Shown: one piece after another, positions 25,317-41,522 of the stretch
How positions within the stretch are numbered: position 1 is the stretch's first letter
Layout: each line of letters begins with the position of its first letter
Assembly: GCA_000004695.1 (NCBI GenBank)
Contig: CM000151.3
Coordinates: forward strand, 2,240,001 to 2,304,000
Length of the DNA stretch: 64,000 bases
Direction of reading: 5' to 3'
From: Dictyostelium discoideum
Taxonomy: Eukaryota
Notes under the pieces: generated by a model
Seen by the model: the letters and a program-made list of their open reading frames with translations, nothing else
What the model was told of the DNA's origin: nothing
Databases searched by the model: none
Made by a program: the position numbers and the translations under genes

Positions 25317-25702
25317 AATTACAAACTTAAATTATAATTAAAATATTAAACCAACCAAAAATAAAACCCAATTTTTTAATTTGTAAAATAAAAAAAAAAA
25401 AAAATAGAATTATTTAATTATACTTTTTTTAAAATTATTTTTTAAATTTATTATTTTTCAAAGTTGTTCTTTATTTAAAAAATTAATAAGAGTTGTAACT
25501 TTAAATTACAAGTTTGTCTTTTAAATATAAAAAAAAAAAATCACAAAAAAAAAAAATTCCAAATTAAATTATCCCTGGATAAGAAAATTTAAATAATAAT
25601 AAATTTAAAAAAAAATAAAAAAATAAAAAAAATCATTCAATCAAAAAGATTAATCATAAAGAAAATGAATTTTTATCAAAAACCTCATTAATTACTCAAA
25701 AT

Positions 25703-25761
<59 letters not shown>

Positions 25762-25980
25762 TTATGCTTTTGAATAGAAATCTCCGTTTGGCTGTCCTCG
25801 ATATGATTATAATCTTCCATCACTCTCGATTAATATATCAAATTATTGTTTTCAAAAGATAATAAATTAACTACATCAATAAAATATATTAACCCCTTTT
25901 TAAAAAGGGGGTCCAAAAAACAAAAACAAAAATTTATATTAAATTTTATATTTGCACACAAATAAAAATAACACAGCTGT

Positions 25981-26012
<32 letters not shown>

Positions 26013-27354
26013 CAGACCCTGTTTGATAACGTAGTGATAAATACTTTTTTATTTATTTATTTTTTTATTAATATTCCAAAACGAACAAACAAATAATACT
26101 ATTAAATAATATCAAAAAATGACAATCTTAGGTATGCTTTATTTTTTGTAAAAAAAAAAAAAAAAAAAAAAATATTTAAATTATTTGTTTTTTAAAAATT
26201 TAATAATAATTTTATATAGGTTTAATTTCATCAATTAGTAATGTTAAATCAATTTCGAAATCAAATAATTTATCATCATTATCAAATTCATTATCTTCTT
26301 TACAATCAATGAATTCAATTGAACGCCGTGGCGGCATTAGCATTAGCAATCCAGGATTTCTCGGTGGAATTGGTCGTAACCCTGGTGGTATTCTTGTTGA
26401 AACTTATGGAAGCTTGGAGGGGGTTCCATTTTAACTGGAGGTTCAAACAATTGTGGTTGTAATTAAAATTACAAAAATTAAATTATAATTTAAATATTAA
26501 ACCAACCAAAAATAAATCCCAATTTTACAATTTGTAAATGAAATAAAAAAAGAGTAATCTTATCTAAATTTTTTTTTTCTAAAATTCAAATAATTATCTT
26601 TAAAATAAAATAAAAATGTAATAAATAAAAATAAAATAAAATAAAATAAAAATAGTATAAAATAAAAATAAAAAAAAAAAATAAAAATAAAATTAAAATA
26701 AAATAAAAATAAAATAAAATAAAATAATATAAAAAGAATCAATGGTATGTGATAGTGGAGGTAAGTCAGTGCTGTTCTCACTAATGGTGAATTTATTAAA
26801 ATATTTTTTGTTCAATCGTTGGTGCATTAACAAAATTATTTATATTCTATCTTTTAAACTAAAATTCAAATATTTAAAAATAAAAAATTAAAAATAAAAA
26901 ATTAAAAATAAAAATAAAAAAAATTCATTTGCCTGAGGGAGGAGATTGATAATTAATTATTAATAATAATAATAATAATAATAATAAATCTTTATTTTTT
27001 GGAAAATGAAAAAAAAAAAAAAAATTGTGATGGTGCGAATTCGATAACAGAGAGCACAAAATGCTGATTTTTTTTTTTTTTTTTATTATTTATAAAATTT
27101 TAAAAATAAATCAACAATAATGTAATTTTAGTTTTATATCATTGGTGCGTTTTGGTGGGTCACATTTACAAAGAGTGGGTTCACAGAAAAAAAAAAAAAA
27201 AAAATTGGTTGCATAATTAATAGTTGATCATCAAATTGATTATTATAACAATACAATTTTTTCACCCACCAATAAATCATTTTCAAAAAAAAAATTATTT
27301 TTATCCAAACCAAATATAAAAAACAAACAAAAATAAAAATAAAAAAAAAAAAAT

Positions 27355-27386
<32 letters not shown>

Positions 27387-28087
27387 GAAATCGTTCAAGA
27401 AAAAAAAAAATTTTTAAAATTAAATTAATTTAAATAAAAAAAAATAAAAAAAAAATAAAAAAAGAAATTAGAAAAAAAGAAATTAGAAAAATTTTTAAAA
27501 AAAAAAAAAACTATTTGCTATTCTTATTCAAATTTAAAATAAATAAATAAATACACACGCAATATATCTTTTTTTGTGATTTTTTTATTACTATAATTTG
27601 TTTTGTTTTTTTTTTTTTTTCCAAACATTAAAAGGAGTTATAGTTGTTAGTGGTTTTCAACATATCAATCTTGTGTGTTTTTGGAAAATAAAACTATAAT
27701 TTGTAATTTACACTTTTTTTGGTTATTAAATTCTTAATAATTTTATTTATTTATTTTTTTTTTTAATAATTTTGTTTTAATAACACCACAATTTTTACCT
27801 AAATTTTTTTTTTTTTTTTTTTTTGTTTTCATTCACACCAACTCCTTATAACTTTTTTTATTTTTTTATTTTTTATTTTTTTTTTATTTTTTTTTTTTTT
27901 AAATAATTAAATTTTAGTGTGTAACATTTTTGTTTTTTTAATCTACCATCACACAATATAAATAATAATATCATAGATACAAAATATATATACACACATA
28001 TACACACACTCACACACTTTATTAAATAAAAAGTAATATAATTTTTCCAGTATAAATAAAAAAAAAAGAAAAAAAAAATAAAAGAGG

Positions 28088-30045
<1,958 letters not shown>

Positions 30046-30217
30046 GAATACTAAAAAAAAAAAAATATGTAACATCAACAACCACCTTCCTTTGTGTAAA
30101 TATATTATAGTAAACAAATAGAAAAAAAAAAAAGAGTTTTAATATAAAACCCAAATAAATTAGAATTTATTATTCTTTTTTTTTTTTTTTTATTTTTGAT
30201 AATACAATTTTAATTAA

Positions 30218-31796
30218 TTATTTATTATTTTTCTTTTTATTTGTACCTTCTTGAATATTTGTTAAGAAACCCTCAACACCTCTTTGAGAAGCAATTGATG
30301 GTTCATAACCTAAAAGAGAGACAATTTCAGGACCATGACCTTCATGAATTGCATAATCTAAGGTTTCAATTGATTGTAAAAATTGAGCAGAATGTAAAAC
30401 TTCATTAATCATATTCTCATCCTTTTGATATTCCTCTGGTAAATATTGAATTAAATCTTTTTTAATCTCTGGATTCTCTCTTAAGAATGGTATTAAATTC
30501 TCTGCTGTCAATATTTTACCCAATGTAATTTGTGGTTGTTTTGGTTGTGTTGGTAAATTTGAAAAAAGATCTTTAATAAAATCTAAATTGGTTGCTGATG
30601 GTGGTGGAGTTGTAGTTGGTTTTGGTTGACTTAGTGAAACTTCATTTATTGTTGGGTTTTTAGGTGGTTCTTGTTTTATTGTTGTTGTTGGTGGTGGTGT
30701 ATCAACTACCATTTCTTCATCATCATCATCATCTAAAAAAAGGAAAAGAAAAAGAAAAAGAAAAGTGCATTAAAAAAAAAAAAAAGAATAAAATAAAACC
30801 AAAAAAAAAAGATTCATTAGTACTTTCAATAATAAGAGTATAAAACAAATTAAAAGTTCTTGATTTTTTATATAAAAATAATAAAAGGTGGGTCTATTAA
30901 CATTATTTAGTTATATGATTTTTTATTTTTTTTTCCATTATTGTCACTGTTGTTCCATTTGTTTTCATCTTTATTATTACTATTTATAAATTTTGTTTTA
31001 TTTTTATTATTATTATTATTATTATTTTTATTTTATTTTATTTTATTTAATTTTTCACATATTTCATTTTATTTTATATTATTTACAAGTCTATTAAAAG
31101 AATATATTTATAAGTGTTGTAAGTATTTGAGTGCTATTATTATCGTTTATGTATATTCACACCTTCATAGAAACAAAAAATAATAAACAAAAAAAACAAA
31201 AAAAAAAAAATGTATATAAAAATAAAACACCAATAAATAAATTAATTAATTTAAAAAAAAAATTACCTGGAATATATGATTCAATAACTTTAAGTGCTTT
31301 TTCAATTTTAGCATCACCTTCTACATTTGCTTCTTGTAACCAATAGAATTCCTTTTGATCTGAACCTGAAAAGTTTAAGTAATACATTCTACCAGTTTTA
31401 CATGCAGGTACTTTGATAAATTTTGATTCACCTGGTGCAAAATAAAATTCATCTTCATATGCTGATGAATCTCTTGGTCTCCATTGAACACATGTTAATC
31501 CTTCTGGTGTCTATATATAAATTATTATTTAAATAAATAATTAAAAAATGTTAATAAATATGCATTTTATTTTATTATATTATTATATGTTATGTTATAT
31601 TATATTTTATTTATTTTATTTTATTTTATTTTATTGTATTATATTGTGTTGCTTTTTTTTTTTTTTTTTTTTTTCTCTTTAAAAAACATACAACACCAAA
31701 TTTTAAGTAACCCTTTCTTGAATCTGATGTTACTGTTGTACCTGTTAATTTAGCTTTACCAGCTTTAAATTCTACGTCTTGTGGTGGTCTATTCAT
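30218..31796 (-). CDS. adrm1: Proteasomal ubiquitin receptor Rpn13/ADRM1 homologue; 3 exons (minus): 31796..31692, 31510..31267, 30732..30218
   Basis: Exon 1 is [35 protein letters not shown] with donor GTATGT. Exon 2 follows tatatag and reads [81 protein letters not shown]+G, with donor GTAATT. Together these two exons form the Pru ubiquitin-binding domain. Exon 3 follows cttttttag and is in frame with track ORF 30218..30712. It holds the DEUBAD-like C-terminus ([30 protein letters not shown]...[18 protein letters not shown]). Phases are consistent. Confidence 0.85.
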
Positions 31797-32325
31797 TTTT
31801 TAAAAATTTTATAATTTGGTGAGAAAAAAAATAAAAAAAAAAAAAGAAATTTTGATCTTCACAACAAATTTTTTTTTTTTTAATTTAAAAATTTTTATTT
31901 TTTTTTATTTTTATTTTTTTTTTTATTTATATTTTTTTTTTTTTTATTTTCCAATTTTTTTTTTTTTTTTTTTTTTTCTAATTTTGGAACTGACCAAAAT
32001 ATAAATGAATATATTTTAAGTTATAAAAAAAAAAAAGAAAATATTTTTTGAAATCATAACTATTTTTTTTTAAATAAAACAAAATATAACTTTTGGTCAA
32101 AATATTTTTTCACAAAAAAAAAATTATTAAAAAGTCAAGATACACCCATCACCTTTTTTTTTTTTTTTTTTTTTTATTTTTTTTTTTTTTTTTTTTTCAA
32201 CAAACAAAACCATAAATAAATATAAAATATAATATAATAATCACCAAGTATATATTTAATTTTTTTTTTTTTCTTTTTTTTTTTAAAAAATTCATTTAAT
32301 GAAAAAAAAAAATTTTGTTTTTTAT

Positions 32326-33717
<1,392 letters not shown>

Positions 33718-34223
33718 TTTAATTTTTATATTTTTATATATTAATTTATATTTTGTTTTTTTATTTGTTTTAATATATTTTAAAAAAAAAGTTAAGAGTG
33801 AAAAATAATTGATTGGAAAAAAAAAAAAAAAAAAAAAAAAAAAAGAAAAATATAATTAAAAATATAATAAAATAATTTCCTATTTTTGGTACCACATTTT
33901 TTATTGTATTAAATTAACTGAAAGGAAATATTATATTTTCAAAAAAAAAAAAAAAAAAAAATATATATTAAAAAAAAAATAATAAAAAAAAAATTAAATT
34001 TAATGATTAATGGAAATGTGTGAAAAAATTATAAATTATGGAATTAAATTAGGATGCTAAAAAAAATTACTATGTGATGTTTTTTATGTCAATGAATTTT
34101 TTATTAAATACCACCCATAAAAACATCAACCAAACAGATTTAATGATTGTGTCTTTTCATTGTCAAAGAGATGAAAAACAAAAATATATATACATTTGGT
34201 TTTTACAAAACCCACACCCACAC

Positions 34224-34274
<51 letters not shown>

Positions 34275-35021
34275 TTTTTTAAACCCTGTGTGGTATTGAA
34301 AAGAATTTGTATCCATAATGGTGGGTGCAAAATTCAAGATAAAACAATTTTAAATAAAAAAAATAAAAAATAAAAAGAAATATTTTTTATAATATTATAA
34401 TTTAATTTTTATAAAAAAATAAAAAAAATGTAAATTAAATAATTATTATTTAAATATGATTAATAGCTTTATAATTTATTTAATTTAATTTAATTTAATA
34501 TAATTTTAATTTATTATGTTTGAAATATTTCATTAATTTCTTCTTTGTTTCCATTTACTATGAGCGAGGCAATATTTGCATGAATATTACCAATTTCTTT
34601 TGATATTTCTTTATTTTCAACTTCAACATTAAATGTTAGAATCTGAAAGATTTGATAATGATTTAATATTGATAAAGTTTGAACCGAGTGTGATAATGGA
34701 ATACTTTCTGAGTTTAATTAAATATTATAATGGTGTAATAGTAAATCTGTTTCTGAACGTGGTACGAATTAATGGTGAATTACTTTAATATTTTAAATAG
34801 AAGATATTCAACTGATGATGGTGTTGTGAATGGAGTTATTTGGTGGTTAAAATTTGTTAATGAAAGGTAGGTTATAATTTTATGAAGATCTTCATAAAAC
34901 TCTTTCGCCTTGGTGCATTTACTTTCGAAAAAGAAAAGATTGAAAAGACTTTTTATTCTGTTCGGTAGGGTTTATATTATTTGGCACCATTGGTGGGTTT
35001 TTGAGAGGTATGTTGACATAC

Positions 35022-35228
35022 CTATCTGATGATTTCAACAATTAATTCTTTCCCCTTTTCATAGACTTCTTTAGTTTTCTTACAGTTTTCAATTGTATAT
35101 TCTAAGTTTTTATTGAATCTTTTGTGAATAAAATTTATTGCTTCATAAGCTGCCACAGCACCTGGAGCAATTCCGATTTTTTTTCCCTTTTGTAGAAGCT
35201 TCCCAATGGAAACCACCACGCCTATCAT
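35022..35228 (-). CDS. Uncharacterised 68-aa ORF with atypical codon usage, in a less AT-rich ~0.7 kb island
   Basis: Track ORF MIGVVVSIGKLLQKGKKIGIAPGAVAAYEAINFIHKRFNKNLEYTIENCKKTKEVYEKGKELIVEIIR. It uses GGC, GTG, GGG, AAG, CTT and CTA codons, which are rare in the other genes here. The stop TAG is followed immediately by gtatgt. The surrounding 34500..35230 holds perfect palindromes (ttttatgaagatcttcataaaa; gtatgttgacatac). The plus strand shows short hydrophobic exon-like segments with GT/AG borders. I cannot decide which strand, if either, is coding. Confidence 0.2.
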   Translation of the reverse strand: MIGVVVSIGKLLQKGKKIGIAPGAVAAYEAINFIHKRFNKNLEYTIENCKKTKEVYEKGKELIVEIIR

Positions 35229-35977
35229 CTTGAATATTGAGAAAAAAAAAAAAAAAAAAAAAAAAAAAGATAACTATTTATTTGGTCAAAAAAAAAAAAA
35301 AAAATTTTTAAAAAAAAAATATTAAAAAAAAAAAAAGATTTATGATTAAAAAAATAAAAATAATGTTTATTTAACAAATCAGATCATAAATTTGCATTTT
35401 TTTTTTTTTTTTTTTTTATTTTTATCTAACAAATTTATTAAATAATTTTACCACAACATTATTTTTAAGTTTGGATGTTAAAAAAAAAAAAAAAATGCAA
35501 TTTGAAGTTCTAGATCTGTTTTTAATTTAAATTACAAATAAAGAATAAAAGATAGTAATAATAATAACTACTCGAGTAGTTTTTATTATTACTATCTTTT
35601 TTCTTCTCTAAAACTTTTAATTACTTTAAAGAAACATTTAGACTTATTAAGAGAATTTTAATATAAGTAACAGTAAAATTACTCAAAAAAATGAGTTATT
35701 CTTATTTCAAAACTCTTTACAAAAAAAAATGTTGTCATACACCTGAATATTTGATCAATTTTATTTATAATCCCGAAAAAAAACTATTTTTTTTTTTTTT
35801 TCAAAGTTTTTTTTGGATATTTTTTAGATTTTTAAAATAAAATAAAACTTCGTCAACTGAATTTATAAAAAAATTAATTTGATTGCAATAATTTTTTAGA
35901 TTTACAAACTAAAAAAAAAAAAAATTAAAAAAAAAAAAAAAAATAAAAATAATATAAAATATAACAAAATTCAAGAA

Positions 35978-36777
35978 ATGAATAAATTTTTCATTATTTA
36001 TTTTATTTTTAAAAAATGATATTGCAAAATCAGTGACTTATTTAGGTAAATATATTTTATATGATTTTATTATAATTTAAATTATGATTCCAATTATAAT
36101 AATAATAACAAAAAACTTTTTTTTAATTTATATTTTAAAGATATGACACCATATGAAAAACATGATTGTTCAGGAGATGAAACATCAGGTAATGGTTATT
36201 CGCTAATTGTTAATGAATGTTTTGCATTTGATAGACAATTTTTTATGGTTGAATTTAACCATGATCATTCAAATGCAACTATTAATCAATATCATGATAA
36301 TAAATGTTCAAAAATTGTTAATGAAACTGATAAAACTTTTGAAATTAATGAATGTTATCAAGCACCTAATTATGTTTGGAATAGTGGTGCAGAAGCAAAT
36401 AACTTTGTCAAAATTTCAATCTCTACAAACCCAAATTATATTCCACAATATGGTCACAGACAAACTACATTTCCAGGCGATATAAACTGTCAATCAAATC
36501 CATGGTTTTATTGGTATGCAACTAATGAAACAAAATTAAATTATGATGAAGAAGTTATAATTTTTTTTTGTATTGATAATCAACCATATAAAAGTAAATT
36601 TTTTTTTTTTTTTTTTTTTTTTTTGAACAAATTATTAAAACCTAATTTTTTTTTTTTTTTTTTTTTTTTTGTTTAGCTCTTTGTAATCCATGTTGTGAAA
36701 CAGATTATTCTAGTCTCTCATGTGTTTCATCAGGTGATGTTAAAGATCCTTTTGGAACTGTTGAAGAAACATGTTAA
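35978..36777 (+). CDS. Putative secreted Cys-rich protein; exons 35978..36045, 36141..36593 and 36677..36777. The annotated first exon has a frame problem
   Basis: Exon 2 is the frame of track ORF 36143..36676 (DMTPYEKHDCSGDETSGNGYSLIVNECFAFD...NCQSNPWFYWYATNETKLNYDEEVIIFFCIDNQPYK+A), with donor GTAAAT at 36594. Exon 3 follows ttgtttag and reads TLCNPCCETDYSSLSCVSSGDVKDPFGTVEETC*. The product has many Cys and N-glycosylation sequons. Exon 1 ends TTA G|GTAAAT, the same boundary as the hssl genes. In its correct phase it encodes INFSLFILFLKNDIAKSVTYL+G, a signal-peptide-like sequence. The ATG at 35978 is one base out of frame with this. One extra A or T in a homopolymer run would give MNKFFIIYFIF..KNDIAKSVTYLG. 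Confidence 0.4.
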
Positions 36778-37325
36778 AATAAATCAAATTGAAAACAAGT
36801 CATTTTTAATGTTTTTTTAAATTTAAACAATCACTTTTATTTTTTTTTTTATTTTTCATTTTTTTTTTGTAAATGTTTTTATTTGATTTATTACATTAAC
36901 AAATACTATCATTTAATTTTTATTTTAAATCAATGAATTATTTTTTTATTTGTTTTTTAAAATTTAATGACTATCATTAGAGTAAATTTCTTATTTCTGG
37001 CTCAATGTGCTAAACAAAAAAAAAAAAAATAAAAAATAATATAAAAAAAAACAAAACTAAGATAAAATGATTAAAAAAAAAAAAATAGTGAAAAAAAGTG
37101 TAAACTCTATGTAAAAAAAAAAAAAAAAAAATTGTATTAAGATAAAGTGATTAAAAAATAAAAATAATAATAAAAAAAAAAAAAAACAAATCAAATTTTA
37201 AGAAATTTCAGTTCTTCCTGTTTTTTTTTTTAAAAAAAAAAAACCGATTTGTGATTAAATTTCAAATTTTTTTTTTTTTAATCATTTAAAAAAGATATCG
37301 AAAAAGATAATTTTTTTTTTTTTTT

Positions 37326-37913
37326 ATGACAATAATAACTTTACCATTATACATCCAAAAGTTTATAATTAGGTTGATTAGCCATAATATCGATTGTCAA
37401 AATCGATTAATAGATATTTGTAGTAGTGGCAGTAGTAGTAGTGTTACTAGTGGATATAGAAAAAATGAAAAAAGAATAAAAACTTTAATTTTAAATATGT
37501 CATTAGTTTCAAGAGAATGGTTTAAAACCTTATCAAATTTTTTAACAGTATCAGTCGATTTCAACTATAATGATCAAGACCAAGATCAACAACAACATTA
37601 TTCAATAATAAAAAAAGAAAATATTGAAACATTAAAACTGCATTATGATCACAAAGAGAAATCATTTTACAAATTAAAATCAAATGGTTGCAAATATATA
37701 AAAATAGAATTAGAAGAAGTAAATAACAAAATAATGAAATTATCAAAATTACATCAACAAGGTAAAGGTAATTTTAAAAACTTTATATTAAGAAATGTAA
37801 ATTACCAAAATGAATTTGAAATAATTGATTCGTTATATCAATGTGAACAAACAAATTTAATTGATATTTGTGAATTTTCATTGGTTAGAGATTCTATACA
37901 ACAACAAGGAGAA

Positions 37914-37948
<35 letters not shown>

Positions 37949-38360
37949 CAATGTTGAAAAATTGAAAAAAAGAGTGAAAAACATAGAAACCTTAATAATT
38001 GATAATTATGCTGGTGGAGATTTTTTCTTTGAAATCACTAAACATTGGTCAAACTCAATTAAAAAATTAATAGTAGTATCAAAAGCTTTTTTTTATCCAC
38101 TTTTTCAATTATTTTTAGATGGTAAATCTAATTATTTACCAAATTTAAAATCATTAGATGTAGGTCCAATCTATCCAATTCAACTAAAACAAATTTTATT
38201 ATTTGGAGAAAATATAGATTGTCTTTACTTTAAAACTTGTTTTATTTGTTTAATTAATAACCTAATTTCACCCAATCTAAGATCAATTAAAGATGAACGT
38301 GGGGATAAAATATTTGGCAATTGCAAATTCTGTCAAAAATATTATAATATTAGTCATGAA

Positions 38361-38417
<57 letters not shown>

Positions 38418-38681
38418 TATGAATTTGAAGAAATTTTTAAAAGAAATTATAATATTAAGAAATTAGTTTTTTATGATAAATGTATATATCAAGATTTAAC
38501 AAAAACAATAAAGGATTTAACAGACTCAGAAATTGAAATTTTTATTTCATTCTTATCTCTGTTTAAAAAATTGAAAACATTTGAAACAAATATACCATCT
38601 TTTGAATTATTTGATGAAATTATAAAAAAAAATAAAACAATTACACATTTAAAATATTTAGGAAATCAATATGCTGATTAA
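37326..38681 (+). CDS. Hypothetical 451-aa protein, single exon
   Basis: Track ORF with an ATG start (MTIITLPLYIQKFIIRLISHNIDCQNRLIDICSSGS...). It has ordinary Dictyostelium coding composition with two poly-Asn tracts. I recognised no motif. It looks loosely F-box/LRR-like, but that is not supportable from the sequence alone. Confidence 0.5.
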
Positions 38682-38777
38682 AATCAATTAAATTAAAAAA
38701 TAAAAATATATTTATAATAAAGATTCTTTTTTTTTTTTTTTTTTTTACAATCAATTATTTATTATTATTACTATTTT

Positions 38778-39668
38778 TTATAATAATTTAATAACATGTC
38801 TAAATTTTGCTTGACCAATATTTTCAAAAGCTTCATTTGCTTTTTCCAATGGGAAAGTATTTACTAATGATTTAATATTATTATTACGAGCAAAATTTAA
38901 AGTATCAAGAGAATCACGATTATCACCAGAAGCCCAACCAACGATTGATTTAGAACCACCAATCATTGTCAATGAATCTGCATGGAATGGTTCATGGAAA
39001 GCAGCCAAAATCACCAATTTACCATTTATACCTAAAGACTCTAATAAACCTTGAACAGTTGATGCAATTGGTGCAGTTGCTAAAATACATTTAACTGAAC
39101 CAATTGATTGAATCTCTTGAATGTAATTATCCTTTGACATATCAACATAATAATCTGCACCCAATTCTTTTGAGAGTTGTTCTTTTGAATTACCACTTGA
39201 CATTGCAATCACTTGGTAACCCATTTTCTTACAGAATTGAATTGCATAATGACCTAAACCACCAATACCTGTAACACCAACCAATGAACCTACTTTAATG
39301 TCTTGATGTCTAAATGAATTATAAACTGTTACACCTGCACATAACAATGGTGCAGCTTCAAGTGGGTCCATTCCTTTTGGTATTTTAACAAGTGCACTAA
39401 TTGGTGCAATCATATACTCTGCATAACCACCATCATAAGTAACACCACAAGTGTTTACTTTCTTACAATGTTTCCATTCATTCTCTAAACATGTTTCACA
39501 TTTACCACATTGATTACCACCAAACCAACCAACACCTACAAATTCACCAATTTTATATTCTTCATTACAAACACCTTCTCCTAATTTATCAATTTCACCT
39601 ACAACCTCATGTCCTGGAACTCTTGGAAATGAATTACCCATTACACCTATTAAATTTAATTATTAATA

Positions 39669-39735
<67 letters not shown>

Positions 39736-39897
39736 TAATTTACCATGTTTACAAACATTTTCACCTTGACAAACACCACAGGCGTGAACTTTAATTCTAA
39801 TCCAACCTTGAGTTGGTTCTGGGATTGGTAACTCAATAATCTCTATTTTACCATTCTTCTGTGTAAATGCTGCTGCTTTCATTGTTGTTTTTGTCAT
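38778..39897 (-). CDS. Zinc-containing alcohol dehydrogenase (MDR superfamily); exons (minus) 39897..39744 and 39646..38778
   Basis: Exon 1 is track ORF 39670..39897 up to MTKTTMKAAAFTQKNGKIEIIELPIPEPTQGWIRIKVHACGVCQGENVCKH+G. The donor is GTAAAT, and the poly(A) that follows is intronic. Exon 2 follows aatttaatag in phase 1 and joins track ORF 38778..39641 (GVMGNSFPRVPGHEVVGEI...). Signatures seen: GHE zinc ligand region, Cys cluster C..C..C......C, and the Rossmann motif GVTGIGGLGHYAIQF. Confidence 0.85.
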
Positions 39898-40591
39898 TTT
39901 ATTTATATATATTTGTATTAATACAATTAATTTTTATTTTTTAGCTATTTTTTTTTTTTTTGATCAATGAAATATCTTCTACTTATATTTTTTGATTAAA
40001 AAAAAAAAAATTTCATATTTTCATTTTTTTTTATTTTTTTTATTTTTTTAATTTTAATACAACCAACCTAATTTAAAATTTCGTTAAACCCACGTCCAAA
40101 TTACAAAAAAGATTTTTTTAAATATTGACTTTTTATTATTTTTAGTCTGAAATCATTTTTTAATTTGAAATCATGCATTGCGATAAAAAAAAAAATAATA
40201 AAAAAAAAAAATTTGATAATGTCGGTATTGATGTTGTACAAATTCCAGAACAAATTATAAAAAATATAATTAGTTTTTTTATATTTAGACCAATTAAATA
40301 GATGACAAGTAATTATTGTTGATAAAAAAAAAAAAAAAAAAAAAAAAAAATAGAAAAGAAAATAACTATTATAAATAATTTCTTGTTTTACCTTGAATGA
40401 TAAAAAAAAGAATTTAATACATTATAACAAAAAACAAATAATAAAAATGAAAAATAAAATAAAAAAAGGGGGATGAGAAATAAATTATTTTAATATATTT
40501 ATTTATTTATTTATTTACATTACTATTGGTTTTATATTTATTTTTATTTTTTTTATTTTTATTTATTTTTTTTTTTTTTTGAACAAAAATT

Positions 40592-41393
40592 TTATTTATG
40601 ATCATGGTGATGATGAGAATGATTAGATTGATTTTCTTTACTTGTATCAGTATTTAAACCAGCGAATGCTTCATTTAAATCATATTTTAAAATTTCTAAC
40701 TTTTCATTGATAGTATCTATACAATCATTAATCTTTAATCTATTTTCATTAATTTGACTTTCACATTTTTCAATATGTTCATAGAAACAACTACCTGCTG
40801 CTGGTTTTTCATTTGGTTTATTTGATGTTAATTGTTGGCTATTATCAATCTCTACTTTTAAAACTTGATTTTGTGCTGTCTAAATAAAAATAACAAATCA
40901 TAAAAAAAATGTTTAGAAATAATAAAAATAAAATTAAAAAAAACAAAAATAAACTTTAACTATTATTTTTATACCTACTAATATAAACTTTGTTTTTTCA
41001 TTCTCTCTAACTTCAGATATAATCTTTGACCATTCAGGATTTGTTGTTGATAATGATTCTTGTATTTGAATAATCTCTTCACCTATACTTGATAATTGAG
41101 TTGTAATTGATTGACAACCTTTATTGTATTCTTCAATATTTTGATCTTTTAAAAATTTTTTAAAATTACTAATTGTAAAATGAAATTGTTTTTTAAAAAA
41201 AAAAAATTAGTGCATATTAAAATTTTGAAAAAAAAAAAAAAAAAAAATACCTTGTAAATTGATTTGAAATAAGTACTCTTTGTTCTTGTAAATTAAAAAA
41301 TAAAGCAAGTTTATCAGTTGGTGTTGTACTTTCTAAAAGTTGAGTAAACTCTTTTTTTTTGTCTTTAGATAAATTTATTTCAATATCCTCCAT
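40592..41393 (-). CDS. Hypothetical coiled-coil protein with His-rich C-terminus; exons (minus) 41393..41251, 41168..40979, 40879..40592
   Basis: This gene is not in the ORF track. Exon 1 is ATG..MEDIEINLSKDKKKEFTQLLESTTPTDKLALFFNLQEQRVLISNQFT+AG, donor GTATTT. Exon 2 follows ttttacaattag and reads SNFKKFLKDQNIEEYNKGCQSITTQLSSIGEEIIQIQESLSTTNPEWSKIISEVRENEKTKFIL, donor GTAGGT. Exon 3 follows atttatttag and reads TAQNQVLKVEIDNSQQLTSNKPNEKPAAGSCFYEHIEKCESQINENRLKINDCIDTINEKLEILKYDLNEAFAGLNTDTSKENQSNHSHHHHDHK*. Phases are consistent. Confidence 0.5.
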
Positions 41394-41479
41394 TTGACTT
41401 TTTCTTTGATTTTTTTTTTTTTTTGATTGAATTCAATAAAATTAAAATTAAAATGAAAAAAAAAAAAAAAAAAAAAATG

Positions 41480-41522
<43 letters not shown>

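Noticed and set aside
31157-31387. Track ORF 31157..31387 (minus), taken as a stand-alone 76-aa protein
   Set aside because: Its first half ([41 protein letters not shown]) is the end of Rpn13 exon 2. The rest ([10 protein letters not shown]...) is intron read-through past the GTAATT donor.
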